Shown one piece after another: positions 9,507-17,368 of a DNA stretch of 64,000 nucleotides. The stretch spans positions 6,249 through 70,248 of the forward strand of contig JBGUDT010000006.1 of NCBI GenBank assembly GCA_041821665.1. Reading direction: 5' to 3'. This DNA comes from Anaerolineales bacterium (GTDB taxonomy: Bacteria; Chloroflexota; Anaerolineae; Anaerolineales; E44-bin32). Each line of letters starts with the position of its first letter. The first letter of the stretch is position 1. A program made the position numbers and the translations under genes. Below the pieces are notes generated by a model. The model saw nothing but the letters and a program-made list of their open reading frames with translations, was not told the DNA's origin and did no database searches.

Positions 9507-10766
9507 ATGAAGAAGATGAGGGTGGGCAGGCGAGATGTGCTGCGGTCAGGCGCTCTCTTAGGCGCTGGGGCTGTTTTGCCTCCGTGGATGCCAAGAATGA
9601 GCTTTACGGCAAAAAATTCTGGTATTCGCGGTGACGTGCTTGTTGTGGTTTTCCTTCGCGGTGCTGCCGATGGTCTTAACATGATCGTTCCCCATGGTGA
9701 AGAACTCTATTATCAATCGCGACCTACGCTTGCCATACCACAGCCTGATGCGAGGGGATCCTCACAAAACGCGCGAGTGATAGATCTCGATGGCTATTTT
9801 GGGCTTCATCCGGCGCTCCGACCGATCTTTCCGGTTTGGGAGCAAGGTCATTTCATCCCCGTGATCGCATGTGGTGCGCCCGATGAATCCCGAAGCCATT
9901 TCAAAGCGATGGAATTGATGGAGCGCGGGCTCACAAATGAACGCGGTCCGGCTTCAGGCTGGATTGGTCGTCATCTTGCCACTCTGGAGAATGGTAATCC
10001 CTCTCCCCTTCGTGCAGTCGGATTTGGTGAGGCTGCCCCCAGGAGCCTGCATGGATCGATCCCCATCACGGCGTTGAAGTCGATCACCGATTTCCACCTT
10101 AATGGGAATGAGGCTATGGCTTCTCGGATGCGATCTGTAATTTCCTCTCTCTACACTGGCGATCAAGCTTTACATCAAATAGGCAGGGAAACGCTGAGCG
10201 TGGTCGATACTATCGAGAAAATTTACCCCAGTGCAGATGTGGCATCCAGCATGACGGATTATCCGGAGACGGATTTTGGCTTCGGGCTTCGTCAAATAGC
10301 GCTTCTTATCGATGCTGATGTTGGCTTAGAGGTTGCCGCGCTCGATCTGGGTGGATGGGATACACATTTCACCCAGGGTGGGAGTGAGGGGATCATGGCG
10401 AGGCTTCTGGCAGAGCTCGGGGGTGGGTTGGCGGCATTCTACGACCAACTTCAGGATGATATGGATAACATCACTGTCGTGGTCATGACTGAATTCGGTC
10501 GACGGGTGAGAGAAAATGCCAGCCTGGGAACAGATCATGGACACGGATCGATCATGTTCCTCATGGGTGGTAACCTGCATGGGTCCGAGGTGCATGGCGT
10601 CTGGCCGGGTTTGGACGAAGGTCTGCTCATAGGTCCGGGAGATCTCGCGGTTACGACCGATTACAGGGACGTCCTGGCGGAAATCCTCGTGAAGCGCCTG
10701 CACAACCATGATGTTGAAGCCGTGTTTCCGGACTACGTACCCAACATTGGGAACGTGATTGCATAA
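9507..10766 (+). CDS. DUF1501 family (sulfatase-fold) protein with Tat signal
   Basis: The N-terminus reads RRDVLRSGALLGAGAV. The motifs LDLGGWDTH and MTEFGRRVRENASLGTDHGHG are present. This is the usual partner of DUF1800. Confidence 0.85.
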   Translation: MKKMRVGRRDVLRSGALLGAGAVLPPWMPRMSFTAKNSGIRGDVLVVVFLRGAADGLNMIVPHGEELYYQSRPTLAIPQPDARGSSQNARVIDLDGYFGLHPALRPIFPVWEQGHFIPVIACGAPDESRSHFKAMELMERGLTNERGPASGWIGRHLATLENGNPSPLRAVGFGEAAPRSLHGSIPITALKSITDFHLNGNEAMASRMRSVISSLYTGDQALHQIGRETLSVVDTIEKIYPSADVASSMTDYPETDFGFGLRQIALLIDADVGLEVAALDLGGWDTHFTQGGSEGIMARLLAELGGGLAAFYDQLQDDMDNITVVVMTEFGRRVRENASLGTDHGHGSIMFLMGGNLHGSEVHGVWPGLDEGLLIGPGDLAVTTDYRDVLAEILVKRLHNHDVEAVFPDYVPNIGNVIA

Positions 10767-10797
10767 ACATGTATGGATTGTAGCTCATGGGGTTCAC

Positions 10798-10895
10798 CGA
10801 GTGAAGAACTCTACAGCACGATCTTTCAAGGAACCCCCCTCGCTTGTCATTCATCGCTGCTGCAAGCTTCAGGGTATCCTGGCTTTTTCCTAAAA
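10798..10895 (-). repeat. Copy B of the ~100-nt repeat family, immediately 3' of the M14 peptidase stop codon
   Basis: The reverse complement (aggaaaaagccaggataccctgaagcttgcagcagcgatgaatgacaagcgaggggggttccttgaaagatcgtgctgtagagttcttcactcgg) aligns along its length with 4149-4244. Confidence 0.65.
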
Positions 10896-11876
10896 TTAAT
10901 AACCCGGAGGCTTCTCCCAGTGAAGGAGCGCTTCCATGACATCGAGATTCTGACGAAGATCAGAATCTTCATGATTGGTCAACTCGATATCCACGGAAGC
11001 AATTCCTTGCATGGAAGCCCAATCAATCAGTTGGCCTGTGTACGTGCAGCCGGTCTCGATCGGTGGGTATGGGTAATCGCTTACTTCGGCGAGAGTCTCG
11101 GCGAGGCTGATTGAACCAGCGTCGGGAGGCTGCCCACCCGGGAATATTCCCAGCGCGGCACTATGATACGAGATCATAGCCTCTATTTCATAGGTGAGTA
11201 GAAAATTCATCAGTGCGCGTGTCTCGGGTTCTGAGGCAGGATGACTCCCCCCGGTCACATAGGTGTATGTCCAGCATCCTTGTTTTGGCCAATCAGATTC
11301 CCATTGTGCTGGCCAGTTTCGATTCAGATCCACGAGGTTTTCGTTTACACGTCCTTTGTAGCTGTCGGATCTCACCTCCCCGTCTGGATTCAGGGCTCGG
11401 AGGATGTAGAGCGTGACGTCCTCCGGGAAGAGATCTGGACGCGAGGGCAGGATGGCAATAAGCTGATCCGCAAGCCTGATGGTGTTGCCCTCGTACCCCC
11501 CATGAATACCCGCAATGATTATATGTTTCCTGCCCCCCGAACCGAATTGAAATACCTCGAGAGGTCGACCAGAGACACTTTGTCCAATGACGATAGGCCC
11601 ACGTGAGAATGGAGTGGGCGTCAGAGTTGGGAGCGGGGTAGGCGATGGGGTAGAACTTGCTGACTGAGCCGGGGTTTCAGATTGAGTGTTCGTATCGACC
11701 CCTGGCGCGCTAGCAGACGGGTTTGATTTAGAGATTGGATCATTGACGTCGTCAAGTTGGGTGCCGATCGCCGCGCATCCGACCAGCAGTAGGAGTGATG
11801 CGAAGATGATCGAGGCTATTGCTAATCTCGATGGTGAGGCGAATCTGGGTTGGTCTTCAATCCTAATTTTGGACAT
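10896..11876 (-). CDS. M14 family zinc carboxypeptidase, lipoprotein
   Basis: Lipobox LLLLVGCAA, followed by a Thr/Pro/Ser linker. M14 motifs are present: IIAGIHGGYEGNT (HxxE), ALNPDG, VDLNRNW, and YHS in the MISYHSAA segment. Confidence 0.85.
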   Translation of the reverse strand: MSKIRIEDQPRFASPSRLAIASIIFASLLLLVGCAAIGTQLDDVNDPISKSNPSASAPGVDTNTQSETPAQSASSTPSPTPLPTLTPTPFSRGPIVIGQSVSGRPLEVFQFGSGGRKHIIIAGIHGGYEGNTIRLADQLIAILPSRPDLFPEDVTLYILRALNPDGEVRSDSYKGRVNENLVDLNRNWPAQWESDWPKQGCWTYTYVTGGSHPASEPETRALMNFLLTYEIEAMISYHSAALGIFPGGQPPDAGSISLAETLAEVSDYPYPPIETGCTYTGQLIDWASMQGIASVDIELTNHEDSDLRQNLDVMEALLHWEKPPGY

Positions 11877-12136
11877 CGTACCTGCGGTTCTTCACTAATT
11901 GGTTTCCGCTTTCAAGGGTCGATTTACATACTCCCAGGATCGAATCTTACTACAGCACGGGGATGAGACGCACGTAACGTAGTTTGCTTCGTATGACTTT
12001 TCCCTTAAATTGTCCTCCAGGTGTTAACTTACAGTATCCTTGCGTCTTCCTCCAGCATGTAGTCAAATCCCATGCCATTTGCTACAATTATTTTTGTCGT
12101 ATCAAGTAAGGCACGTATCCTTCGACCGAGTTGTCG

Positions 12137-14194
12137 ATGCCTCTCCAAACAGGAACAAGACTACATCACCGGTACCGTATCGAAGGGATCCTTGGGCAAG
12201 GCGGCATGGGGGCCGTCTACAATGCCTTCGATATCAACCTGGGTGTCTATGTTGCGGTAAAGGAAAATCTCTTTACCACGGATGAGTACGCGCGGCAATT
12301 TCGCCGCGAGGCCACTATCCTCGCCAGTCTCCGTCATACGAGTCTCCCAAGGGTTACCGATCACTTCGTCATCGAAGGCGAAGGCCAATATCTTGTGATG
12401 GACTTCATCCAGGGTGAGGACCTCCGCGAGAGGCTGGAGCGCGATGGCGCGATCTCGGAAGCAGAGTGCATTCCCTGGTTTATCGATATATGTGATGCCT
12501 TGGCGTACATGCACAGTCGAAATCCTCCCATCCTTCATCGAGATCTCAAGCCAGGAAATGTCAAGATTCTCCCGGACGGTCGTGCGATGCTTGTCGATTT
12601 CGGACTCGCCAAGATTATGGACAAGTCCGGGACGACGACAACAGGGGCAAAAGCGATGACCCCGGGCTTCTCGCCACCTGAACAATATGGTACGGGAAGT
12701 ACAGACGCACGCACCGATGTATATTCGCTCGGTGCGACAATGTACGCGTCATTGACCGCTACCATCCCGGAAGATTCTCTTGAACGGGCGATGGGTCGTG
12801 AGCAATTGACGCCAATCCGTAAACGGAACGCCAACATCAATCCTGCCCTCGTCAGGGTAATCTCGAAGGCCCTCGAAGTGCGCCCAGAGGACCGATATCA
12901 GAGCGTCAACGAGCTTGCATCCGCTTTGAACGCAGCTTCAAGTGCGAGCCGTCCGACCGTTATTCGCAATTACAACTATCTCGACCGCACTGTACCGGTG
13001 AGCACATTTCGTGAGAGCGAGACGGGATTGCCAGTATCCCAAAAGATTCGCGCGCGCAGATTTCCCAAGATTGCAGTCCTCTCCATCACGGGGCTTCTCA
13101 TCGTTGCGGGTGCCATCTTTTCCATCTCAAGGATCGCGCCCTCATTCGGTGGGATTTTCGGCGGCGGTAATTCGAATCCCACCGCGATTGACCCGACGAT
13201 CACAACGGCCATCGAGCCAACCCCCACAGGCGAGGTCGTCGTGGTGATTCCTGTAGCCACCGAAACGGGCGAGGAACCGACAGCAGCTGTTATTACAAAT
13301 ACCGTATCCGAGATTGCTACAGCCACGCCTGCGGGTGGCGGGGTCGGGCAAATTGCCTACGCTTCGGACCGCTCGGGTAAGCCGCAAATTCACCTCGTCA
13401 ACATCGATGGCACCGGGGATCAAATGCTCACGGACCTAGAGGAAGGCGCTTGTCAACCTGCCTGGACTCCTTCTGGAAAGCAACTAGTTTTCACTTCCCC
13501 GTGCAGGGCAAACCAACAGGAATATCCGGGTTCGAGCTTGTGGCTGATCGACGTCGATATGGATGGGAACGCCTCCGAATCTGAGCAGCTCCATACAGCT
13601 CCAGGAGGAGATTTCGATGCTGCTTGGTCTCCGGATGGAAGCGTTATCGCGTTTAGTTCTATTCGGGATGGAAGACCGCAGGTTTATGTCATGGCGCCGA
13701 ATGGCGCCCAGCTACAAAACCTGACCGGAGATCTGGCGCGTGATCGAGAACCTGCATGGTCCCCTATAGGTACGCAGCTTGTTTTTACAAGCTCCAGAGG
13801 GGGTACGACAGACATCTGGATCATGCCTGAGGAGGGGGGAACTGAACAGCGCTTCTCCCGTGGGGGTGATCGAGATGATACCCACCCAGACTGGTCGCAT
13901 GATGGGCAATTGGTCATTTTTGAGCGAAGTATCAGTGGTCTCCCACGGCTCGTCGTCGCACCCTTCGACGAGGGCGGCATCTTCGACTCACTCGTTTGCC
14001 CACAAGGGGATCGCTCAGTTCAACCTATGTCTGAGCCAAATTGGTCGCTTGATGATCAGTGGATTGTTTTTGAGACTTGGCCAGATGGTGTCAACCACGA
14101 CATTGCCATCATGCGTTCGAGTTGCACCAATTATGGTTCAATCACCACCGATCCATCGCGAGATTTTGACGCTGCCTGGCGGCCAAGTCCATAG
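12137..14194 (+). CDS. Ser/Thr protein kinase with single TM and C-terminal TolB-like (PD40/WD40-like) beta-propeller
   Basis: Hanks kinase motifs GQGGMGAVY, VAVKE, HRDLKPGNV, DFGLAK and TPGFSPPEQ. TM helix IAVLSITGLLIVAGAIF. Repeated PD40-like units follow (SDRSGKPQIHLVNIDG, AWSPDGSVIAFSSIRDGRPQVYVM, AWSPIGTQLVFTSSRGGTTDIWIM, DWSHDGQLVIFER). Confidence 0.9.
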   Translation: MPLQTGTRLHHRYRIEGILGQGGMGAVYNAFDINLGVYVAVKENLFTTDEYARQFRREATILASLRHTSLPRVTDHFVIEGEGQYLVMDFIQGEDLRERLERDGAISEAECIPWFIDICDALAYMHSRNPPILHRDLKPGNVKILPDGRAMLVDFGLAKIMDKSGTTTTGAKAMTPGFSPPEQYGTGSTDARTDVYSLGATMYASLTATIPEDSLERAMGREQLTPIRKRNANINPALVRVISKALEVRPEDRYQSVNELASALNAASSASRPTVIRNYNYLDRTVPVSTFRESETGLPVSQKIRARRFPKIAVLSITGLLIVAGAIFSISRIAPSFGGIFGGGNSNPTAIDPTITTAIEPTPTGEVVVVIPVATETGEEPTAAVITNTVSEIATATPAGGGVGQIAYASDRSGKPQIHLVNIDGTGDQMLTDLEEGACQPAWTPSGKQLVFTSPCRANQQEYPGSSLWLIDVDMDGNASESEQLHTAPGGDFDAAWSPDGSVIAFSSIRDGRPQVYVMAPNGAQLQNLTGDLARDREPAWSPIGTQLVFTSSRGGTTDIWIMPEEGGTEQRFSRGGDRDDTHPDWSHDGQLVIFERSISGLPRLVVAPFDEGGIFDSLVCPQGDRSVQPMSEPNWSLDDQWIVFETWPDGVNHDIAIMRSSCTNYGSITTDPSRDFDAAWRPSP

Positions 14195-14412
14195 ACATTT
14201 TCACGACCTCATGTACGTCATCTAGACTTCTTCAGGCTTTTCCGGGTAAGGATAAGTGTCAGGTCCATGGGCGGAACTCCGTACTTGTTCCAGCCACACT
14301 GCCTGAGTCATAATCTTGTTGATAAACTGTGCGTCTAGTACACGAGGCAGGTGTCACGAACAGTTTGCGCGTGTGGGACCTGATCGAACACCTACAGAAT
14401 GGAGTAAGAAAA

Positions 14413-15291
14413 ATGACTGCGAAGATCATCGATGGGAAGGCAATTGCGGCGGAACTGCGTGAAGAAGTTGCTAAGGGAGTTGAGGAACTGGTCGCTGCCG
14501 GGGGGACGAGACCTGGACTGGCTACCGTCCTGGTTGGTGCAGATCCCGCTTCTCACACTTATGTCCGCATGAAGCGGAAGGCTTGTGCAAAAGCGGGGAT
14601 CGAATCATTTCATCATGAACTCCCAGCAGATGCGTCTCAAGAAGAGGTGGAAGAGCTTGTTAAGGGATTAAATGCGGATGCGAATGTGCATGGCATCCTC
14701 GTCCAACTTCCACTTCCCGCAGGACTGGATGAGGAAGCAGTCTTACGAGCGATCGACATTGAGAAAGATGTGGACGGATTCCACCCCATCAATATCGGTC
14801 GTCTGGCGCAGAAGGGTCGGGAACCGCTCTTCGTGCCGTGTACTCCGGCCGGAACGATTGTGCTGTTAAAGAAAGCCGGGGCAGAACTTGAGGGTGCCCG
14901 GGCTGTGGTCGTGGGGCGTTCGAACATCGTGGGCATGCCCGCCGCCTTGCTCCTTGTGAAAGAGAATTCAACCGTGACCATCTGCCATTCGAGGACAAAG
15001 GATCTCCCGGGGGTCTGCCGTGAGGCGGATGTGCTCATTGCTGCTATCGGTCGCCCGGAGATGATCAAGGGCGATTGGATAAAACCAGGGGCTTTTGTCA
15101 TCGATGTCGGTGTCAACCGAGTAGATGATCCCGAACGGGAACGTGGATATCGGCTCACGGGTGATGTGGCCTTTGAGGAAGCGAAGGAAGTTGCGGGTGC
15201 CATCACGCCGGTGCCTGGCGGGGTTGGTCCGATGACCATCGCTGGACTGCTTAAAAACACGCTCCGTTCTGCCCAACGTGCGGCTTCCTGA
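14413..15291 (+). CDS. folD: Bifunctional methylenetetrahydrofolate dehydrogenase/methenyl-THF cyclohydrolase
   Basis: Starts [19 protein letters not shown] after GGAGTAAG. It contains [48 protein letters not shown] and [10 protein letters not shown]. Confidence 0.95.
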   Translation: MTAKIIDGKAIAAELREEVAKGVEELVAAGGTRPGLATVLVGADPASHTYVRMKRKACAKAGIESFHHELPADASQEEVEELVKGLNADANVHGILVQLPLPAGLDEEAVLRAIDIEKDVDGFHPINIGRLAQKGREPLFVPCTPAGTIVLLKKAGAELEGARAVVVGRSNIVGMPAALLLVKENSTVTICHSRTKDLPGVCREADVLIAAIGRPEMIKGDWIKPGAFVIDVGVNRVDDPERERGYRLTGDVAFEEAKEVAGAITPVPGGVGPMTIAGLLKNTLRSAQRAAS

Positions 15292-15742
15292 CCCTTAGGT
15301 CTGGGCAGGGGCGGGCCCGTGTACCCGCCCACTTTCGTATCAGATCCATACAGATCATCTAGCAACGGTCCTGATCATTGGACCCCTACGCGAAGGGGAT
15401 AGTTGAGGATTGCATCGCTCCGCTCGCAATGAAAATAAGTGAGGATGTGTCATTGCGAGGAGCGTCAGCGACATATGTCCTGAACGCTAGCGAAGGACCG
15501 CAATCTCCACCTTGGAATCAGGGAAAGCGATCTTGGGGATTGCTTCGCTTCGGCGCGAGCGCCTCTGCTCGCAATGACATAATAGGGCTTGGCCCGGATC
15601 TGTACTTCCGGGCTCAGTGATGACGATGGCCTCACCCAAAAAGAGAGGAAAATGTATAAATTCATCACTGGGACCGTGATCTCGAGAACATAAAGATTTA
15701 CCCTCACCCCAACCCCTCTCTCTGAAAAGGAGAGGGGTTTTT
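15292..15742. repeat. Mosaic of short interspersed repeats (three families) in a 658-bp intergenic region
   Basis: - 15306-15330 (aggggcgggcccgtgtacccgccc) is related to the 5' end of the 34121/34417 repeat.
- 15447-15510 (gtgtcattgcgagg...agcgaaggaccgcaatctccac) matches 34586-34654.
- An inverted partner (gctcgcaatgac) lies at about 15575.
- 15698-15742 (ttaccctcaccccaacccctctc-tctgaaaag-gagaggggttttt) matches, in inverted orientation, 35637-35663 and 37782-37824. Confidence 0.7.
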
Positions 15743-15896
15743 ATCATACGATCAACAAATTAATGAATTCCACGTACAAGTTTAGTCATGATAATTCATT
15801 TTGAATTCGTAAAACGCCCTGGTCTTTACGTTGATCACCTTGAATCATGCGGAGAATCAGGTGACAGAATTCATAAATCCCCATGTTGTCTGACAA

Positions 15897-15925
15897 TTGA
15901 CGAGGGAATCTGTCAGTGCTAGACT
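15897..15925 (+). promoter_or_regulatory. Candidate sigma-70 promoter of the deaminase operon
   Basis: TTGACG (15897-15902), a 17-nt spacer, then TAGACT (15920-15925), 25 nt upstream of ATG15950. It overlaps the palindrome TTGTCTGACAA (15886-15896) and the CTGTCAG heptamer at 15910-15916. Confidence 0.5.
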
Positions 15926-15949
15926 TTTTGCGATGGTTTTGGAGGTCCT

Positions 15950-17329
15950 ATGGCGACATTACTTGTGAAGAATGCCTCCGTTTTGGTCACGATGGATGGC
16001 AGCCGGCGAGAAATACCTGATGGAGCTCTTTTTGCTCGAGATGGCTTTATCGAACAAGTTGGACCTTCAGATGAATTACCACAGGAAGCTGACACGAACC
16101 TCGACCTTGCTGGACACGTCGTTCTCCCAGGTTTGATCAATACTCACCATCATCTATATCAAACATTAACTCGGGCTGTTCCAGACGCACAGAATGCAAA
16201 CTTGTTTACTTGGCTGAAGACTCTCTACCCAATCTGGGCAAACATGCGTGCAGAAGACATACGGCTCTCCACGAAATTGGGGTTAGCGGAGCTGGCCCTC
16301 TCCGGCTGTACAACAGCCTCGGATCATCACTACATCTTCCCAAACGATTGTCGTCTGGATGACCAGATTGAAGCTGCAGGACAAGTTGGATTGCGTCTTC
16401 ACGCCTCGCGCGGTTCGATGAGTCTTGGTGAAAGCCAGGGCGGGCTTCCGCCGGATAGCGTGGTTGAAACCGAAACAGCCATCCTCGAGGATACTCGCAG
16501 AGTCATCGAAACCTATCATGATGCAGAACCAGGATCAATGATCCAAATTGTCGTCGCTCCATGCTCACCATTTTCAGTGTCCAAAGATCTCATGAAGGAA
16601 TCTGCAGCTCTTGCCCGTGGGTATGGTGTTCGATTGCACACGCATTTGGCAGAAACGATGGACGAGGAAGTGTTCTGTCTCGAGCAATTCAATCGACGGC
16701 CACTCGGTTATGCGGAGGACCTTGATTGGGCGGGGGATGATGTGTGGTTTGCCCACGCGGTATGCATCAATCCCGAGGAAGTCGAACGCATGGCTGCAAC
16801 GAGGATTGGCGTGGCACACTGCCCTTCATCTAATATGCGGCTGGCTTCCGGTATTGCTCCAATTCGCAGGTACTTGAAAGCCGGGGTCCATGTGGGCATC
16901 GGAGTGGATGGCTCCGCAAGCAACGACAGCTCGAATTTGCTGGCTGAGACGAGGCAGGCGCTGTTGCTCTCTCGCGTCGGCGCAGCCGTCGCTCCTGATA
17001 TCGATGATGTTGAGGATCTGCTCACAGCGAGGCAGGCGCTCGAGTTGGCGACCATAGGCGGCGCTCAGGTATTAGGTCGTAATGATATTGGATCATTAGA
17101 ACCCGGAAAGTGTGCTGATTTTATAGCCGTACGATCGGACAAAATCGCATACGCTGGTGCAGGGCATGATCTCGTTGCAGCGCTTGTCCTTTGTGATCCC
17201 GCGCCGGTCGATTATGCGTATGTGCACGGTAAAGCAATTGTGTCTGAAGGCCGGCTCCAGACTGTTGATCTGGGGCCTCTGATGGAGGCGCATAACAAAG
17301 CAGCACTCCGTCTTACTGCGTCTGCATAG
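15950..17329 (+). CDS. COG0402 amidohydrolase (8-oxoguanine deaminase / AtzB-like aminohydrolase)
   Basis: 459 aa. N-terminal LLVKNASVLVTMDG...LPGLINTHHHLYQTLTR, downstream HLAETMDE, and a metal-binding Asp in GIGVDGSASND. Confidence 0.8.
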   Translation: MATLLVKNASVLVTMDGSRREIPDGALFARDGFIEQVGPSDELPQEADTNLDLAGHVVLPGLINTHHHLYQTLTRAVPDAQNANLFTWLKTLYPIWANMRAEDIRLSTKLGLAELALSGCTTASDHHYIFPNDCRLDDQIEAAGQVGLRLHASRGSMSLGESQGGLPPDSVVETETAILEDTRRVIETYHDAEPGSMIQIVVAPCSPFSVSKDLMKESAALARGYGVRLHTHLAETMDEEVFCLEQFNRRPLGYAEDLDWAGDDVWFAHAVCINPEEVERMAATRIGVAHCPSSNMRLASGIAPIRRYLKAGVHVGIGVDGSASNDSSNLLAETRQALLLSRVGAAVAPDIDDVEDLLTARQALELATIGGAQVLGRNDIGSLEPGKCADFIAVRSDKIAYAGAGHDLVAALVLCDPAPVDYAYVHGKAIVSEGRLQTVDLGPLMEAHNKAALRLTASA

Positions 17330-17368
17330 ATGGCGCATAGGCAAGCATCCAGAGAGAGGGAACGATAG

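Noticed and set aside
10651-10854. 67-aa minus-strand ORF.
   Set aside because: It starts inside repeat copy B and runs antisense into the 3' end of the DUF1501 gene. It has no independent support.
10896-11876. Considered the M14 peptidase as the YgeY (peptidase) counterpart of the purine cluster.
   Set aside because: YgeY belongs to the M20 family. This protein has M14 motifs and a lipoprotein signal, lies 4 kb outside the cluster, and is on the opposite strand.
14637-15365. 242-aa antisense ORF opposite folD. Similar long antisense or off-frame ORFs occur at 1240-1983, 5348-5872, 9122-9682, 47829-48554, 61398-62018 and 62103-62741.
   Set aside because: All are embedded in well-supported homologous genes on the other strand or frame. 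Their Ala/Arg/Ser/Pro-rich composition is typical of frame artefacts in GC-rich DNA.
15378-15747. Three 80-86-aa ORFs in the folD-deaminase intergenic region.
   Set aside because: They read through the interspersed repeats (cattgcgag..., cgaaggaccgcaatc, ccctcaccccaacccctctc). Their peptides are repeat translations with no RBS or family signal.
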